A stretch of 64,000 bases of DNA from Octopus bimaculoides (lineage: Eukaryota), in contig NC_068990.1 in the NCBI RefSeq assembly GCF_001194135.2, positions 25,471,209 through 25,535,208 on the forward strand, given 5' to 3'. The notes beneath the pieces are model-generated. The model had not been told where the DNA came from. It made no database searches and saw nothing but the letters and a program-made list of their open reading frames with translations. Positions 51,105 through 63,945 of this stretch are shown here, in pieces (positions within the stretch are counted from its first letter, which is position 1; each line of letters opens with the position of its first letter). The position numbers were made by a program, and so were the translations under genes.

Positions 51105-51768
51105 CCCTTTGACATTTGAACCAGCCATATCCGGCCCAAATACTCTACCCATTCTATGTTCAAACTGGCCAGATCTGGCCTCTCACACCTACCCTAAAAT
51201 GTCATTCTAAAATAAACAATCACATCATTAAAATAGCAACAAGATAATGCATCATTACTTCAAAACAATGTGAATAAATAAGGGTACTTTTTGGTTATCT
51301 CACCCCCATTAAAAAATTGGGTTATCTCCCCCCGTTTTACGAGAAATATCGGTACTTTTGGTTATCTCCTTCAACTCAAAAAATTGTTTAACCCTCAATA
51401 AAACAACAAAAAAATGAAAAATTCAATAAACGGTGCACCAGCATGACCGCAGCCACTTGGCTGAAACACATAAATAAATATAAAGTGAAAACATCATTTC
51501 ACTTTATATGAAACATTAATATGAAACATCATTTTGAATCTGATAATATTTTTATAACAAATCATACCATACAGGTCAACAATATGTTGAAGTATTGAAT
51601 CAAAAGGATCTAACTCTTTTAATCCAATCTCTTGTCACCACATTAACTCAATCTTTTAGTGGGGAGATAACGCAATTTTTTAATGGCAGTTTTTTAATGG
51701 GGAATAAGATAACAAAAAAGTACCTAAATAAGCATTACTTTTGACACAGAAATCTGAATGCTAAAGGG
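51105..51768. mobile_element. piggyBac-like MITE (complete) containing a nested hAT MITE
   Basis: TTAA at 51101-51104 and 51769-51772; interior matches 4428-4647. Confidence 0.85.
51283..51724. mobile_element. hAT-type MITE (GGTACTTTTTGGTTATCTC TIR family), copy 1
   Basis: ~30-bp TIRs; 8-bp TSD taaataag at 51275-51282 and 51725-51732. Confidence 0.85.
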
Positions 51769-52144
51769 TTAAACATCTGTACATCATAAATCATTTCATC
51801 AATATGGAATATGGAAAGGCAAAACAACATTTTAACCACAAATGTAACCAAATGGTTTGCACTCAGAATAAAAGTTGAAAATGTTTTTGAAAATTAGACC
51901 AATTAAGAGATGCATCTATTACACTCACCCAACTACCTCCTTTGTCTCTAGTCTAATTTAGATAAACTTTTCCACCACCACCACCCACCAAATGGGTGGT
52001 ACTGATTGCTTTCAGAAGCAGTACTTCATAACATTATGCCACTAGTTAGTGACAGTGCCAGGGCTTCTGTGTATTCTTGTGACATTCCTGCTTTTTTTTT
52101 TATCATACCCTACTCCTTCTCTCACCCCACTTGGTTACATGCAC

Positions 52145-52201
<57 letters not shown>

Positions 52202-52579
52202 TAGTTAAGTGAGGAGTATTCCTGTTCACTTCTATCAAACCGGAAGTACTTATGAATAAAAATATTTTAAACCACTTCAGAACCTCTTTAAAAACATTTA
52301 AATAAAATAAAATGCATAGCATCAGGCAGCTATTGTCATTAGTGTTTATTATTCTACTACTACTACTACTACAATGCTTGTGATGGTGGCATGCGATGCT
52401 GGTGGCACATAAGAAGCACAATCAAGTGTGGTTGATGCCAGTGCCAGTGGTACATAAAAAGTACCATTTGAGCGTGGTCGATACCAGTGCTGCCTGACTG
52501 GCCCCTGTGCCGGTGGCATGTAAAAAGCAAATCTTCAGGCAGGTCTTACCAGGCCAGACAGGTTGATGGATAGGAGACA

Positions 52580-52850
52580 GACAAAACCTTAATGACATAA
52601 ATCAAAGCGTTGGCAGCAGGGCGTGGACTTAGTTATTGGCAGGACCTAACAGATCAGATTCCTGGCTTTGAACTACCAGGATGTCATGCAGAGCATTTTG
52701 AATCCAAGACAGTGGATGAGACCATAATATTCCTAGTTGGATGGAAACTACAGGACCACATGGAGCAGCGCACTGTGACTCCTATAATATGCGCAACCGA
52801 AACCCCTATGAAACGGCGTCCTGTGGGACAACCTAGATGAGATGAGATTA
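52580..52850 (+). mobile_element. Decayed RTE-like LINE C-terminus (second family)
   Basis: GWKLQDHMEQR...PMKRRPVGQPR*D (~W.GH..R...kRp.GRPr.rW) in ORF 52610-52840. Confidence 0.45.
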
Positions 52851-52977
52851 TTGACTGTGAAAGGACAAAAGGCCAAAGTGAAGTTGATTTCAAATCAGAA
52901 AGTAAAGAGTTGGGACAAATACTTGCAAAGCAACGTTCCCTGATGCTCTTATGATTCTGCTTATCCTGAGAAAATAA

Positions 52978-53190
52978 TCTTTTCTATTCTAGGTACAAGG
53001 CCTGACATTTTTGGGGAGGGGGCCAGTTGATTAGATTGACCCCAGTATGCAACTGGTACTTAATTTATCGACCCCGAAAGGATGAAAGGCAAAGTCGACC
53101 TCGGCAGAATTTGAACTCAGAACGTAAAGACAGATGAAATACCGTTAAGCATTTCGCCCAGCATGCTAACATTTCTGCCAGCTTGCTGCC
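52978..53190 (-). mobile_element. SINE family A, full length and little diverged
   Basis: ttatcgaccccgaaaggatgaaaggcaaagtcgacctcggcagaatttgaactcagaacgtaaagac, with CpGs retained. Confidence 0.9.
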
Positions 53191-53230
53191 TTATCCTGAG
53201 CAAATAATAACCCCATCCTTTTGCTCTCTC

Positions 53231-53284
<54 letters not shown>

Positions 53285-53461
53285 TCTCTCTCTCTCCCTC
53301 TCTCTGGAGACCTTAGTATGATTTCCATAGACCCAGCTCTTCCTCAACAAACACCTAATCAATCGCCTGCCTATGATGTACTTCCATAACTCATTACTTC
53401 AATTGAACATTTCTTTTTAAACCATACACAATACAGTTGGCATCCAATTTTCAAAGTCCCT

Positions 53462-53678
53462 TAAGGTGGCAAGCTGGTGGAAACGTCAACACGCTGGGTG
53501 AAATGCTTAACAGTATTTCGCCTGTCTTTATGTTCTGAGTTCAAATCACGCCAAGGTTGACTTTGCTTTTCATCCTTTCAGGGTCGATAAATTAAGTACG
53601 AGTTGCATACTGGGGTCGATCTAATCGACTGGCCCCCTCCCACAAAATTTCAGACCTTGTGCTTAGAGTAGAAAAGAA
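53462..53678 (+). mobile_element. SINE family A, full length
   Basis: aaggtggcaagctggtggaaacg...ttgtgcttagagtagaaaagaat. Confidence 0.85.
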
Positions 53679-53689
53679 TATATATATAC

Positions 53690-54415
53690 TTATTTCACAT
53701 TGCTCCAGTTCACTCAGCTGAAGAAATGAGTTGCGACATCACTGCTGCCGAGCTGTATCAGCCTTTGCCTCTCTCTTGGATGACATCAGTGGCGTGGAGA
53801 CAGGAGGCTGGTATGCATGGGTGACTGCTGGTCTTGCATAAACAACCTTGCCTGAAGTTGTGCCTCAGAGGGTAACTTTTTATGTGCAATCTCATGGCCA
53901 TTCACTAATGGGGTTCTTTAACCTTTATATCATCATCATCATTATCAATTAACGTCCGTTGTCCATGCTGGTAAGGGTTGGATGGTTTGACCGGGCTGAC
54001 AAGCTGGAAGGCTGCACCAGACTCCAGTCTGATCTGGCAAAGTTTCTACAGTTGGATGCTCTTCCTAATGCTCTTCTTAATTTACCTTTTGCTTTGGACA
54101 GAGACCACATTTTAAACTAACGCTGAATTTATAATTATATTAGAATTATGTCCCCTGCATCCCTCTCCAGCTGAGTGTTCCTAATCTTGAGGGCTTGTGG
54201 GTGCTGGTACCATGGAAAAAGCCCCTCTGCCAGTGCTGTGTTAAAAGCACCCAGTACACTCTGTAAAGTGGTTGGTGTTAGGAAGGGCATCCAGCCATAG
54301 AAACCATACCACAACAGACATGGAGCCTGTGAAACTCTTCAGCTGCCCAGCTTTTATCAAACCATCCAACTCATGCCAGGATGGAAAATGGACGTTAAAT
54401 GATGATGATGATGAT
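53690..54415. mobile_element. SINE D 3' fragment (53690-53905 plus) and two RTE tails (53935-54070 minus, 54220-54415 plus)
   Basis: Family motifs as above. Confidence 0.6.
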
Positions 54416-54943
54416 ATATTTTTTAAAATATTTCATTAAATATTTTAGAGGTTGAATAATTGTTTCAGTTATCAAGAAAGTAGATTTCTCTAGAAATGAA
54501 AATTAATATACCAAATCAATTTTCAAAATGGAAGGGATTCAACAGGAACTGTGAAATACGTTTATATAAATGAAGTAATTTGAGACAGATGATTGTTGTG
54601 GTGTTATTGATTTAGAGAAAGGTGTGGCATATGTGATGAGCATTGAAGGTAACTGAAAGTACCTTATTGAAATCAACTTGGAAACTTTTAACTAAAGCAT
54701 TGATGGAAAATCTAATCTCTTTTGAAAGAAGGAAGAAATGGTGTGAGAAAGATTGCGACAGTTAGAGGGTCAGATAGAAGAAATTAGAAATTGTGGAGAC
54801 GTGCGTTTCAGTGAGAGTGAGGTTCAACAGGTAGAGAGTGTGTGTAGAGAGAGGAGGACATTGGTGCAATAATAACCTGCAGCATTACCAGATTTTGAAG
54901 GCCTTCCACTTGTAATGTCCCCCAACTCCTAAAAGACTCTATT

Positions 54944-55515
54944 GGTACTTTTTGGTTATCTCACCCCCATTAAAAAATTGGGTTATCTACCAATATTGGT
55001 ACTTGTGGTTATTTCCCCCAACTAAAAAAATTGTTTAACCCTCAATAAAGCAAAGAAAAAAAATGAAGACGCAGAAAAAAATAAAAGGGAAAACTGAAAA
55101 GATTAAACATCTTGTTGAATATGTAGTGGCTTCATGCAGGCAGGGCGTGGATTCGATCCTTGATTGCCAAATTTCGCTGAACAGTTCAACAACACTTTTC
55201 TCACGGTAAAACAATAGTTTTTTCTGTGAGTGACAGTAGTTACATTTACCAGATGCCTTCTTGGCAATCAAGGATCGAATCCACACCATGCCTGCATGAA
55301 GCCACTACAAATCTAATAACATTTTTAGAACAAATCATACCATGCCTATCTAGGGGGACAAACATCAACAATCTGCTGAAGTACTGAATCAAAGGGATCT
55401 AAACCCTTTTAATCCAATCTCTTGTTGCCACATAAACTCAACTTTCTAGTGGGGGAGATAACCTAATTTTTTAATGGCAATTTTTTTAATGGGGGTGAGA
55501 TAACCGAAAAGTACC
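54944..55515. mobile_element. hAT-type MITE (GGTACTTTTTGG family), copy 2, with a nested foldback element
   Basis: Both TIRs are present; no 8-bp TSD was recognisable for this copy. Confidence 0.8.
55122..55309. mobile_element. Small MITE with 49-bp near-perfect TIRs
   Basis: tgtagtggcttcatgcaggcagggcgtggattcgatccttgattgccaa (55122-55170) versus its reverse complement at 55261-55309 (2 mismatches). It is absent at the equivalent site of MITE copy 3. Confidence 0.85.
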
Positions 55516-55729
55516 AAATGATGGTGTCAAGTGTTTAAACATCTTGACCAGAAGTCTGTTCCCTAAATTTTGAGGCTATAGGTTTCAGCCTGTCAAGCAT
55601 ACAGGTAAATCTGGGATTGACTTGGGCCCACAACTAATTGAGGATAACTTCAACTGAAGATGTGCCATATTTCTTCAGATTTGCAGCTAAAGTTCAAATT
55701 GGTTCTGCACAATGAACGAACAGAATAGC

Positions 55730-55915
55730 AGGGTTTGGTGCCTCTGGGGAGAAGGCGAATAATAAAGGCAAGTGTGGGTGTCAATGAGTTTGTATTGAAG
55801 GAAGTAAGACTAGTGAGGAGGAGTGGGGTTATCGATTGTGGCAGGGATATTGGTAGAGGTGGGGATATGGAGGGAGTTGATGAGGAGAGTGGGGCTGATG
55901 TGGTTTATAATAGAG
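55730..55915 (-). mobile_element. Decayed PLE RT/thumb fragment
   Basis: Minus translation ...FLQYKLIDTHTCLYYSPSPQRH (~yKptDsh.YL.y.SsHP.h). Confidence 0.35.
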
Positions 55916-56622
55916 ACAACTTTAACATGTACACATTCACACACCCACATTTAACACATTTAAATATACTCATGTGGTGCGGTGGTGAGGAGGTGGGTGG
56001 TGGTGGTGTGTGTGTGTGTGGGGGGGGTTGTGTTCGTGTGTACATCTTGATCTTTACATGACTGGACTACAGGTGAAGAGGAGTATCAACAGAACAAGTC
56101 ACACCTGTCATACACTAACACCACCACTAACACCATTACCTACCTGCAACACTACTACCCTTGCTACTGTTGACACACAACAACTGCTGCCTCTACTACT
56201 ATTACTACTACTACTACTACTACTACTGCTACTGCAGCTGCTGCTACTACTGCTGAAAAGACCATATCCACAACCACCATCACCCCCACCAAAACCAGAG
56301 CTACCACCTCTACCACCAACCACCACTGCTATCACCATCACAACAACAACCCCACCACTACCACCACCACCACAACAACAACAACAACAATGACAACTTC
56401 TACTACTACTACTACTACTAGTGGTGAACAATGGAAGCTTTTTTTTGGTTTCTTTTTCCATTCTGTTTTTGTTTTTGTTTCTCAAGTCAAATGGTCCCCC
56501 CCCTCTTCAAACAAATATCCCTCACAATTATAACTGCTGAGTCAAACTATACACCTTCCCTCCATTCCCAATCCACCCTCGCCTACCACCCCCACCAAAA
56601 CCAGAGCTACCACCTCTACCAG

Positions 56623-56699
56623 ATCAGGATATAAGTTTAGTTCTTTTGTGTGTGTGTGTGTATGAGAATGGGGGAGTATGGTTATACTCCCCCCATCCT

Positions 56700-56737
<38 letters not shown>

Positions 56738-56759
56738 AACTAAACAGATCTGACCTGAT
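56623..56759. repeat. Foldback palindrome with 4-nt loop
   Basis: 56635-56679 pairs with 56684-56745 around the loop ggtt; outer atcagg/cctgat. Confidence 0.9.
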
Positions 56760-57199
56760 AACTAAGGGTCAACTGCACACACCACCACCACCACCACCAC
56801 CACCACCTTCACCAATCCCAAGCTAAAAAGGATCCCTTTCTTTATTCCAGGCATTCACAAAGTTATTTTTGTCTTGAGGTTAGGGACGCCCTCTGCATGA
56901 AAAGTATGGTTAAATTAGACTGTAAAATAAATTCATTGAGTTTGAGTAAGGCTGGCTACTTTAGCCCCAGGTCAGTTCTGACCAAGCATACCTATGTTTA
57001 AATGCATTCTTACTATGATCATCCTGCCCTTCTTTTTTGTTATATCTGGCATAGTGTATCTTAGACTACATTATTCACTGTGTCCTTCCTTTTTATTTTC
57101 TTAAGACATCAGAGTGTGATATAAGGGAAATTTGAATGTTATTTCTAGCATGTCTAGAGACCACATAATGACTTCTACATTAGCTCATTTATTCAGTAC

Positions 57200-57236
<37 letters not shown>

Positions 57237-57893
57237 TATTAGGGTTGTTGTTGTTGTTTAGCCCCAGGTCTGCCTTGATTGAGCAGATCTAATTGTTCCA
57301 ATTTTCTATACACTGAGTTCAAATACTGCCAAGGTCAAATTTGTCTTTCATCCTTTCAGGGTCGATAAATAAAGTACCAGTCCAGCATTACGAAGGAGGA
57401 GGAGGTTATATTCTCTCTCTGTCTTTCTTTCTTTGAGTTTCTTTCCTGAAGAAATCAACCATAGTCAGACCTGGAGAGAGGGAGAAAGAGAAAGAGAAAG
57501 AGAGGGAGAGAGAGAGTGGGGGGAACAGGTTCTGCCAGATCTAAAACGATGAAGACGCACTATACTTCATGATTGCATCCCTACAATTCCATCAAAGACT
57601 CAAAGGAGGGCCATGACATGATTTCAGATATGCCATGCCTCATTCCAGTGACCCTAACTACAACTCCAATATTCAAGGGGTTAATACTTAAGTGCTCTAT
57701 GGTACTTTAGTTATGGTGTATCTTCTCTAATCCCTTCTTCAGTGTTTCTCAACCAGGGTCCTTGGGGGCCCTCATAAGCTTTGGTTGTTAAAATTCATTT
57801 GCAATAAATTAGTTATACTTCTACTATAAACCAAATATTATAACAATTATTTTTTAACTAAATTCCTAATTATGTTTAATTATGAAAATATTC

Positions 57894-58224
57894 GGTACTT
57901 TTTGGTTATCTCACCCCCATTAAAAACTGCCATTAAAAAATTGGGTTACCTCCCCACTAAAATATTGAGTTTATGTGGTGACAAGAGATAAAATTAAAAG
58001 GGTTTAGATCCTTCAACACATTGTTGACTTTTGGCCTCCACAATAACAATGGTATGATTTGTTATAAAAATGTTATTAGATTCAGTAAGACGTTTAATCT
58101 TTACGCTTTTCATGTTTATTAATTTTTCATTTTTTTCTTTTTGCTTTATTGAGGGTTAAACAATTTTTTCAGTTTGGGGAAATAACCCAATTTTTTAATG
58201 GGGGTGAGATAACCAAAAAGTACC
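57894..58224. mobile_element. hAT-type MITE (GGTACTTTTTGG family), copy 3 (opposite orientation), inside another hAT remnant starting ~57740
   Basis: TIRs with 8-bp TSD aaatattc at 57886-57893 and 58225-58232. Confidence 0.85.
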
Positions 58225-58234
58225 AAATATTCTT

Positions 58235-58602
58235 TTATTCTTTTATTTGTTTGAGTCATTTGACTGCGGCCATGCTGGAGCACCACCTTTAATCGAACAA
58301 ATTGACCTCAGGACTTATTCTTTGTAAGCCTAGTACTTATTCTATCGGTCTCTTTTGCTGAACTGCTAAGTTGCGGAGACATAAACACACCAACATCAGT
58401 TGCCAAGCGATGGTGGGGTTACAAACACAGATACACAAACATATACATACATAAATACATACCTACAACAGGCTTCTTTCAGTTTCTGTCTACTAAATAC
58501 ACTCACAAGGCTTTAGTCAACCCAAGGCTATAGTAGAAGACACTTGCCCAAGGTGCCATACAGTGGGACTGAACCTAAAACCATGTGGTTGGTAAGCAAG
58601 CT
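58235..58602 (-). mobile_element. SINE family C, near full length
   Basis: Tail, body and CORE-like segment are present on the minus strand. Confidence 0.85.
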
Positions 58603-59552
58603 ACTTTATTTCATAGAATTGTTTATAAAAGCTGTACATAGAGGTAGTAGCTGTTGGCTGGACAACACACAAGATGAAATGAATGAAAAAATAATTCATG
58701 AAATTGGTGAAGGAAGACAGACAACGCCTGCCGATCGCTGCTTCCTGAAAACATTGTTCTTTTTACAACAACCAAATTGAGGTTGTAAACCTCTTGCTTT
58801 TATTCCTTTTGGATGCAAGGTCCTTAAAAATGAGGCACTAAGCCTCTTACATTTTTCATAAATGGGCCATATGCCCCCACAATACAAGGCACTAAAAGCC
58901 TCTTAACTTAGAAAAAGAAAGAAGTGAAAAAAGAAAGAATATGAAAGACAGAATGTACCACTAACCCTTGTTATCTTAAACTCCTAATGAGCTCCTTTTG
59001 TATCCAACGCAGAATGAAAATCTTTGCATCATTACAGGATGCATTCATCAACTATCAGTGAATCCACAACAACGCAAAGGAGACAATCATCCTTTGACAG
59101 TGATGGATAGTCACAATATATCTCTGACAGAAAAAAAAGTTATATCCCCTAGGCTAATCTGTTGAATGATCTGATGTGGTCCTTAGTTCCATTTATTGAA
59201 ATATACCACATCTCTGCAGAGTGTAAGTCCATATTGCATACTTTGTCGTGTTGTGGTTTGTCATAGTTCGGGCATATCACTTTACTTTTTTTTTAGGCAA
59301 AATGCTTAATAGTATTTCGTCTGTCTTTACATTCTGAGTTCAAATTCTACTGAGGTCAATATTGCCTTTCATCTTTCCAGAATTGATAAAATAAGTACCA
59401 GTCATGCACAAAATTCAGGCCTTGTGCCTATAGCAGGAAGTTTTATTTATATTCTTATTAAATATAATTTGCAGTAACATCTCACTCTACAATGTTCATA
59501 ATTGTCCAAGCTTTCGATCAACAGTGCCAAAGTTATCTCCCATATTTAGTGT

Positions 59553-59603
59553 GAGCAGCCCTTGAGCCCAGAGCAGCCCTTGAGCTCAGAGCAGCCCCTG
59601 AGC
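59553..59603 (+). repeat. 18-bp tandem repeat, ~3 copies (gagcagcccttgagccca)
   Basis: Units start at 59553, 59571 and 59589. Confidence 0.9.
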
Positions 59604-61577
59604 TTTTCTCCCCTCCTCATGAGACCCCAAGCCTTTACAGCAGAGCCAAAATCATTGCCCTGCATGGCCCTCCTCCTTACTCCCCACTCCACCCTTTGCC
59701 ATGCTACTGCCTTGTTTGCTGGTTTAGATTTTAAACAGCCCCTAGAGAGAGTTATTCTATTGCCTTGACCTCATGAAAATTTGGGAACATAGACAATGCA
59801 GACTGATGTCCTACCATACTGGAATTTAGTCTGCAGAATGGTTCCATTAGGGAGTTTCTTTCAAGCCATGTTGTGGATAAGCTATCCACTGATTCTCATC
59901 AACATGAGCCTCAAATAGACTAAAATACTCCTTTCTTTGGTAGTGGTGGCCACCTTTATCAACTACAATTAAGCACGTCTCAAATTGATGTGACAATAAC
60001 AACAACAGCAACAGCAATGTCAACAATAAAACAATTGCTACCACCACCACCGCCACCACCNNNNNNNNNNNNNNNNNNNNNNNNNNNNNNNNNNNNNNNN
60101 NNNNNNNNNNNNNNNNNNNNNNNNNNNNNNNNNNNNNNNNNNNNNNNNNNNNNNNNNNNNNNNNNNNNNNNNNNNNNNNNNNNNNNNNNNNNNNNNNNNN
60201 NNNNNNNNNNNNNNNNNNNNNNNNNNNNNNNNNNNNNNNNNNNNNNNNNNNNNNNNNNNNNNNNNNNNNNNNNNNNNNNNNNNNNNNNNNNNNNNNNNNN
60301 NNNNNNNNNNNNNNNNNNNNNNNNNNNNNNNNNNNNNNNNNNNNNNNNNNNNNNNNNNNNNNNNNNNNNNNNNNNNNNNNNNNNNNNNNNNNNNNNNNNN
60401 NNNNNNNNNNNNNNNNNNNNNNNNNNNNNNNNNNNNNNNNNNNNNNNNNNNNNNNNNNNNNNNNNNNNNNNNNNNNNNNNNNNNNNNNNNNNNNNNNNNN
60501 NNNNNNNNNNNNNNNNNNNNNNNNNNNNNNNNNNNNNNNNNNNNNNNNNNNNNNNNNNNNNNNNNNNNNNNNNNNNNNNNNNNNNNNNNNNNNNNNNNNN
60601 NNNNNNNNNNNNNNNNNNNNNNNNNNNNNNNNNNNNNNNNNNNNNNNNNNNNNNNNNNNNNNNNNNNNNNNNNNNNNNNNNNNNNNNNNNNNNNNNNNNN
60701 NNNNNNNNNNNNNNNNNNNNNNNNNNNNNNNNNNNNNNNNNNNNTATATATATATATATATATATATATGTAGCTACGTATGTATATTGTATATAGTTAT
60801 ATATGTATTTGTATAGGTATGTATATAGTTATATACAAATGTACTTATATATATATAATTTTATTGTTATATATATGTATATATTTATATATGTATATAT
60901 TTATATATGCATGTATGTACATAGGTATGTATATCTAAACTAGATGCAGCCAATATGTGGAGAGAGAGAGAGAGAGACAGGGCCGGTGCTTAGGTGCTTT
61001 ATGCTAAAACGATATCTCTTTCATTTACAAGAGGTACATGAAACATGAAACTGTCTCAGGTTTCACCCTTCTGATATAGAATATCTTGTTAAATACTAAC
61101 AACGCAAGCACTCGTCTGCTTTCTAGGAACTTTTTAGCTGCTTGTGTACTTGCACACAAATGTGTGTATGTGTGAGCTTGCACATGCCTGCATACATAAT
61201 TGAGTGTTGGAAGTGGGGAGTAAAGGAGGGGTTTTCACGGATATTCTGTTGTTGCCTTTGAATAATGGAGACCAGATGAAAAGGCTTAAGAGAAGAGTTA
61301 TAAGAACTTGAGAAATTAAAAATTCTGCAATGTCACTAGAAATATAACACTGTGCTTTTAAAATTATGTGTGTGTGTGTGTGTGCGTGCGTGTGTGTGTG
61401 TGTGTGCATGCGTGCGTGTGTGTGTGTGTGTGTGAATTTTTGTTGTTTTTTAATGAGCATAGCCCTAATGTCTTTATTGCAATCTGTCTTTTTCTCTCTA
61501 TCTTACTCTCTTTATTTATTTATCTATCTATCTGTCTGTCTGTCTGTCACACACAAACACACACACACACACGCATA

Positions 61578-62018
61578 CAGAGTGAATAAACTGTTGTGTA
61601 AATTACGCAAAAATAAAAATAACACTTTGACATCTCATTTTAACAGCTATATTTACCAAAATCACATAAAAATATCTTCAAATACTAAAGAGTAAATTTA
61701 TTCAATAAAATCGCCATTGGTTTCAACCACGGCCTCCAGATGACTTTGGAATCTCCTGCAACTCTTCTGGATAGTCTCCTTGTTTAAGTTTGTGAATGCG
61801 GCCATAATCCTTGCTTTCAATTCATCTTTGGTGTCACAAGGAGTTTTGTTGGTATCTTGCTCAACTGCACGCCACTCACAATAATCAAAAGGGTTGCAGT
61901 CTGGATAGTTAGGGGTGATGTGGTTGCAGAAATTGTCTGACAGCCATGACTGGATTCTCTTGCTTGTGTGACATGGTGCAGGGTCCTGTTGCTAGACATA
62001 GGGTCTTCCAGTAGCCAG
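61578..62018 (-). mobile_element. Second copy of the maT-like Tc1/mariner, C-terminal end only
   Basis: Aligns with 38546-~39000 from TA|CAG onward; the minus translation includes ELKARIMAAFTNLNKETI. Confidence 0.85.
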
Positions 62019-62029
62019 TGGCTGAATCC

Positions 62030-62960
62030 TCTTTTACACTTAATACTACATGATCACAGTAGAGGAAGAAGTACCTTGTGGAGATGGGGGAGCTGACTGG
62101 GACACTACTTGGAGGGTTGCCCGGATCAACCTGAGCAAACACCAGCAAATGATGGATGTAATGATGTGCTGCAATGGCACACGTTCCCACACCTGACCTA
62201 GCCGTGTGTGTGTGTGTGTAGTGGGACAGTGTAGTGGAAAGAGATATTTGTTGAGGAGATTTGTTTAGTGTGGCTAGTGTGTGTGTGGAGGCAAATTTGA
62301 AGTGGGTAACAAATGCGGAAGAATTTCTCCACAAGAATACTTTTACTAGAACAGTCATGGTTGAGAAGGCATGTGACTTAGGGACCAGTATATTCAGTTC
62401 GCGATCGTAAGATCATGAGTTCGATTCCTGGTGGCATGTTGTGTCCTTAAGCAAGTCACTTTATTTCCCATTGTTCCAGTCCACTCTGCTGACAAAAATG
62501 AGTTGTACCTATATTTCAAAGGGCCAACCTTGTCACATTTCAAAGGGCCAACCTTGTCACATTTCAAAGGGCCAACCTTGTCACATACACTGAACCTCCC
62601 TGAGAACTATGTTGAGGGTACACGAGTCTGTGGAGTGCTCAGCTACTTGCATGTGGAATTTAGAAGCAGGCATGGTTGAGAAATGAGGAAAGAAAGATTC
62701 AATAAAATTGGTGGAAATCCTTTTGGCCAGTAGCATGGCCAGGTGGAGGAAGAGCCTCCAGTCTGGAGCACTTCTTTTATGAAGGTAGTACTTTTGGGTC
62801 TACTACATAACCCTGTATAGGTTGGGGCGCCAGGTAAGTGAGGGAGAACAAGAAACTCAAAGGCTGCACCAAGTGACTCACACTCTAGATACACCACCGC
62901 AATTTGGATGAGATCTTGTAGGAACTGCAGGTTACAGTAAAAGAGCATCTCATTTAATAA
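62030..62960 (-). mobile_element. Possible decayed CR1-group LINE endonuclease region, interrupted by a SINE
   Basis: Minus ORFs 62643-62948 and 61909-62358 contain weak APE-like cues (IAVVYLECE..FEF, SRPKS, SSPI...CDHVVLSV ~ sPlg.SDH). By eye only. Confidence 0.3.
62368..62670 (+). mobile_element. SINE family D, full length, with 12-bp TSD and an internal 3 x 24-bp repeat
   Basis: catggttgagaa at 62356-62367 and 62671-62682; B-box gagttcgattcc; CORE-like gtgtccttaagcaagtcacttta; atttcaaagggccaaccttgtcac x3 at 62513-62584. Confidence 0.85.
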
Positions 62961-63942
62961 AGGGGAGAGGTTTTTCTCTAAAATGTCCTTAACTGGATGG
63001 AGTGCAGCTATTATGTATGAACTACTTAGATGTGGGGTTTAGGATTATGAGTTTGAATTGTACCAGTCATGGGGGACCATGCGCCCAAGATGATAATTCT
63101 ATTCACACGCCTAGCTGGGTTTTGATGGTTTTATCAGTGAAGCTAATTGTATGTATGAAAGACTTATCATCAAATTGATTAACATATTTGAAAAGCACAC
63201 GTTTAAACATACATAATGCAAGAGCAATGTTCCAAACACGCATGTACACGTGCACACACACACACACACAAAGACATAGGTGGAAAACGAGGTGGAGAAA
63301 ATAGTACACAAATAACAAAGGCTGCATAAAATAGTGTTTTATTGAAGCTGTAAAGTTTTCAAAAGCTGCAGCTCAGAGTTTCACATGATCAATCATCAGA
63401 CAGCTGTCTGTCTGATGATCAGTTACATGACACTCTGAGCTACAACTCTTTGTGTGTGCGTGTGTGTGTGTGTGGTGTTGGGGAGGGATGTTGTATGTAT
63501 ATGTATTAGACTTAGACACACTCATTGACATGCATATATACACATTATATAATGAGTTTGTTCTGAATTTGAAAACAAAAATACATAGTGTATAGATCTA
63601 AACATTATTAATTTACCTCTGACTGATGACATGTTTTTCTTAGTTTTAGTTGTAGATAATGATTTTCCATTCTTTCAAACCATAAATAAATGTCTAAAAA
63701 AACTCATATCAGATTTCTTTTGGTGTCAAATGTGAAAACAGATATTTCACAATGTTTCTCATAAAATATACCAGACCATATCTTGACAGGCAACACACTC
63801 AGTCACACCCTTGCTATAATTTCCTGTAATTTTAAGCCATATCCTAGTGTGGTCTTATTCACTCTTTTATGCTACTGTAAAACATAATATTCTTTATTCT
63901 GAATATTCTTTCTTTATACTACAACCCCAGCAATTAAATCTT

Positions 63943-63945
<3 letters not shown>

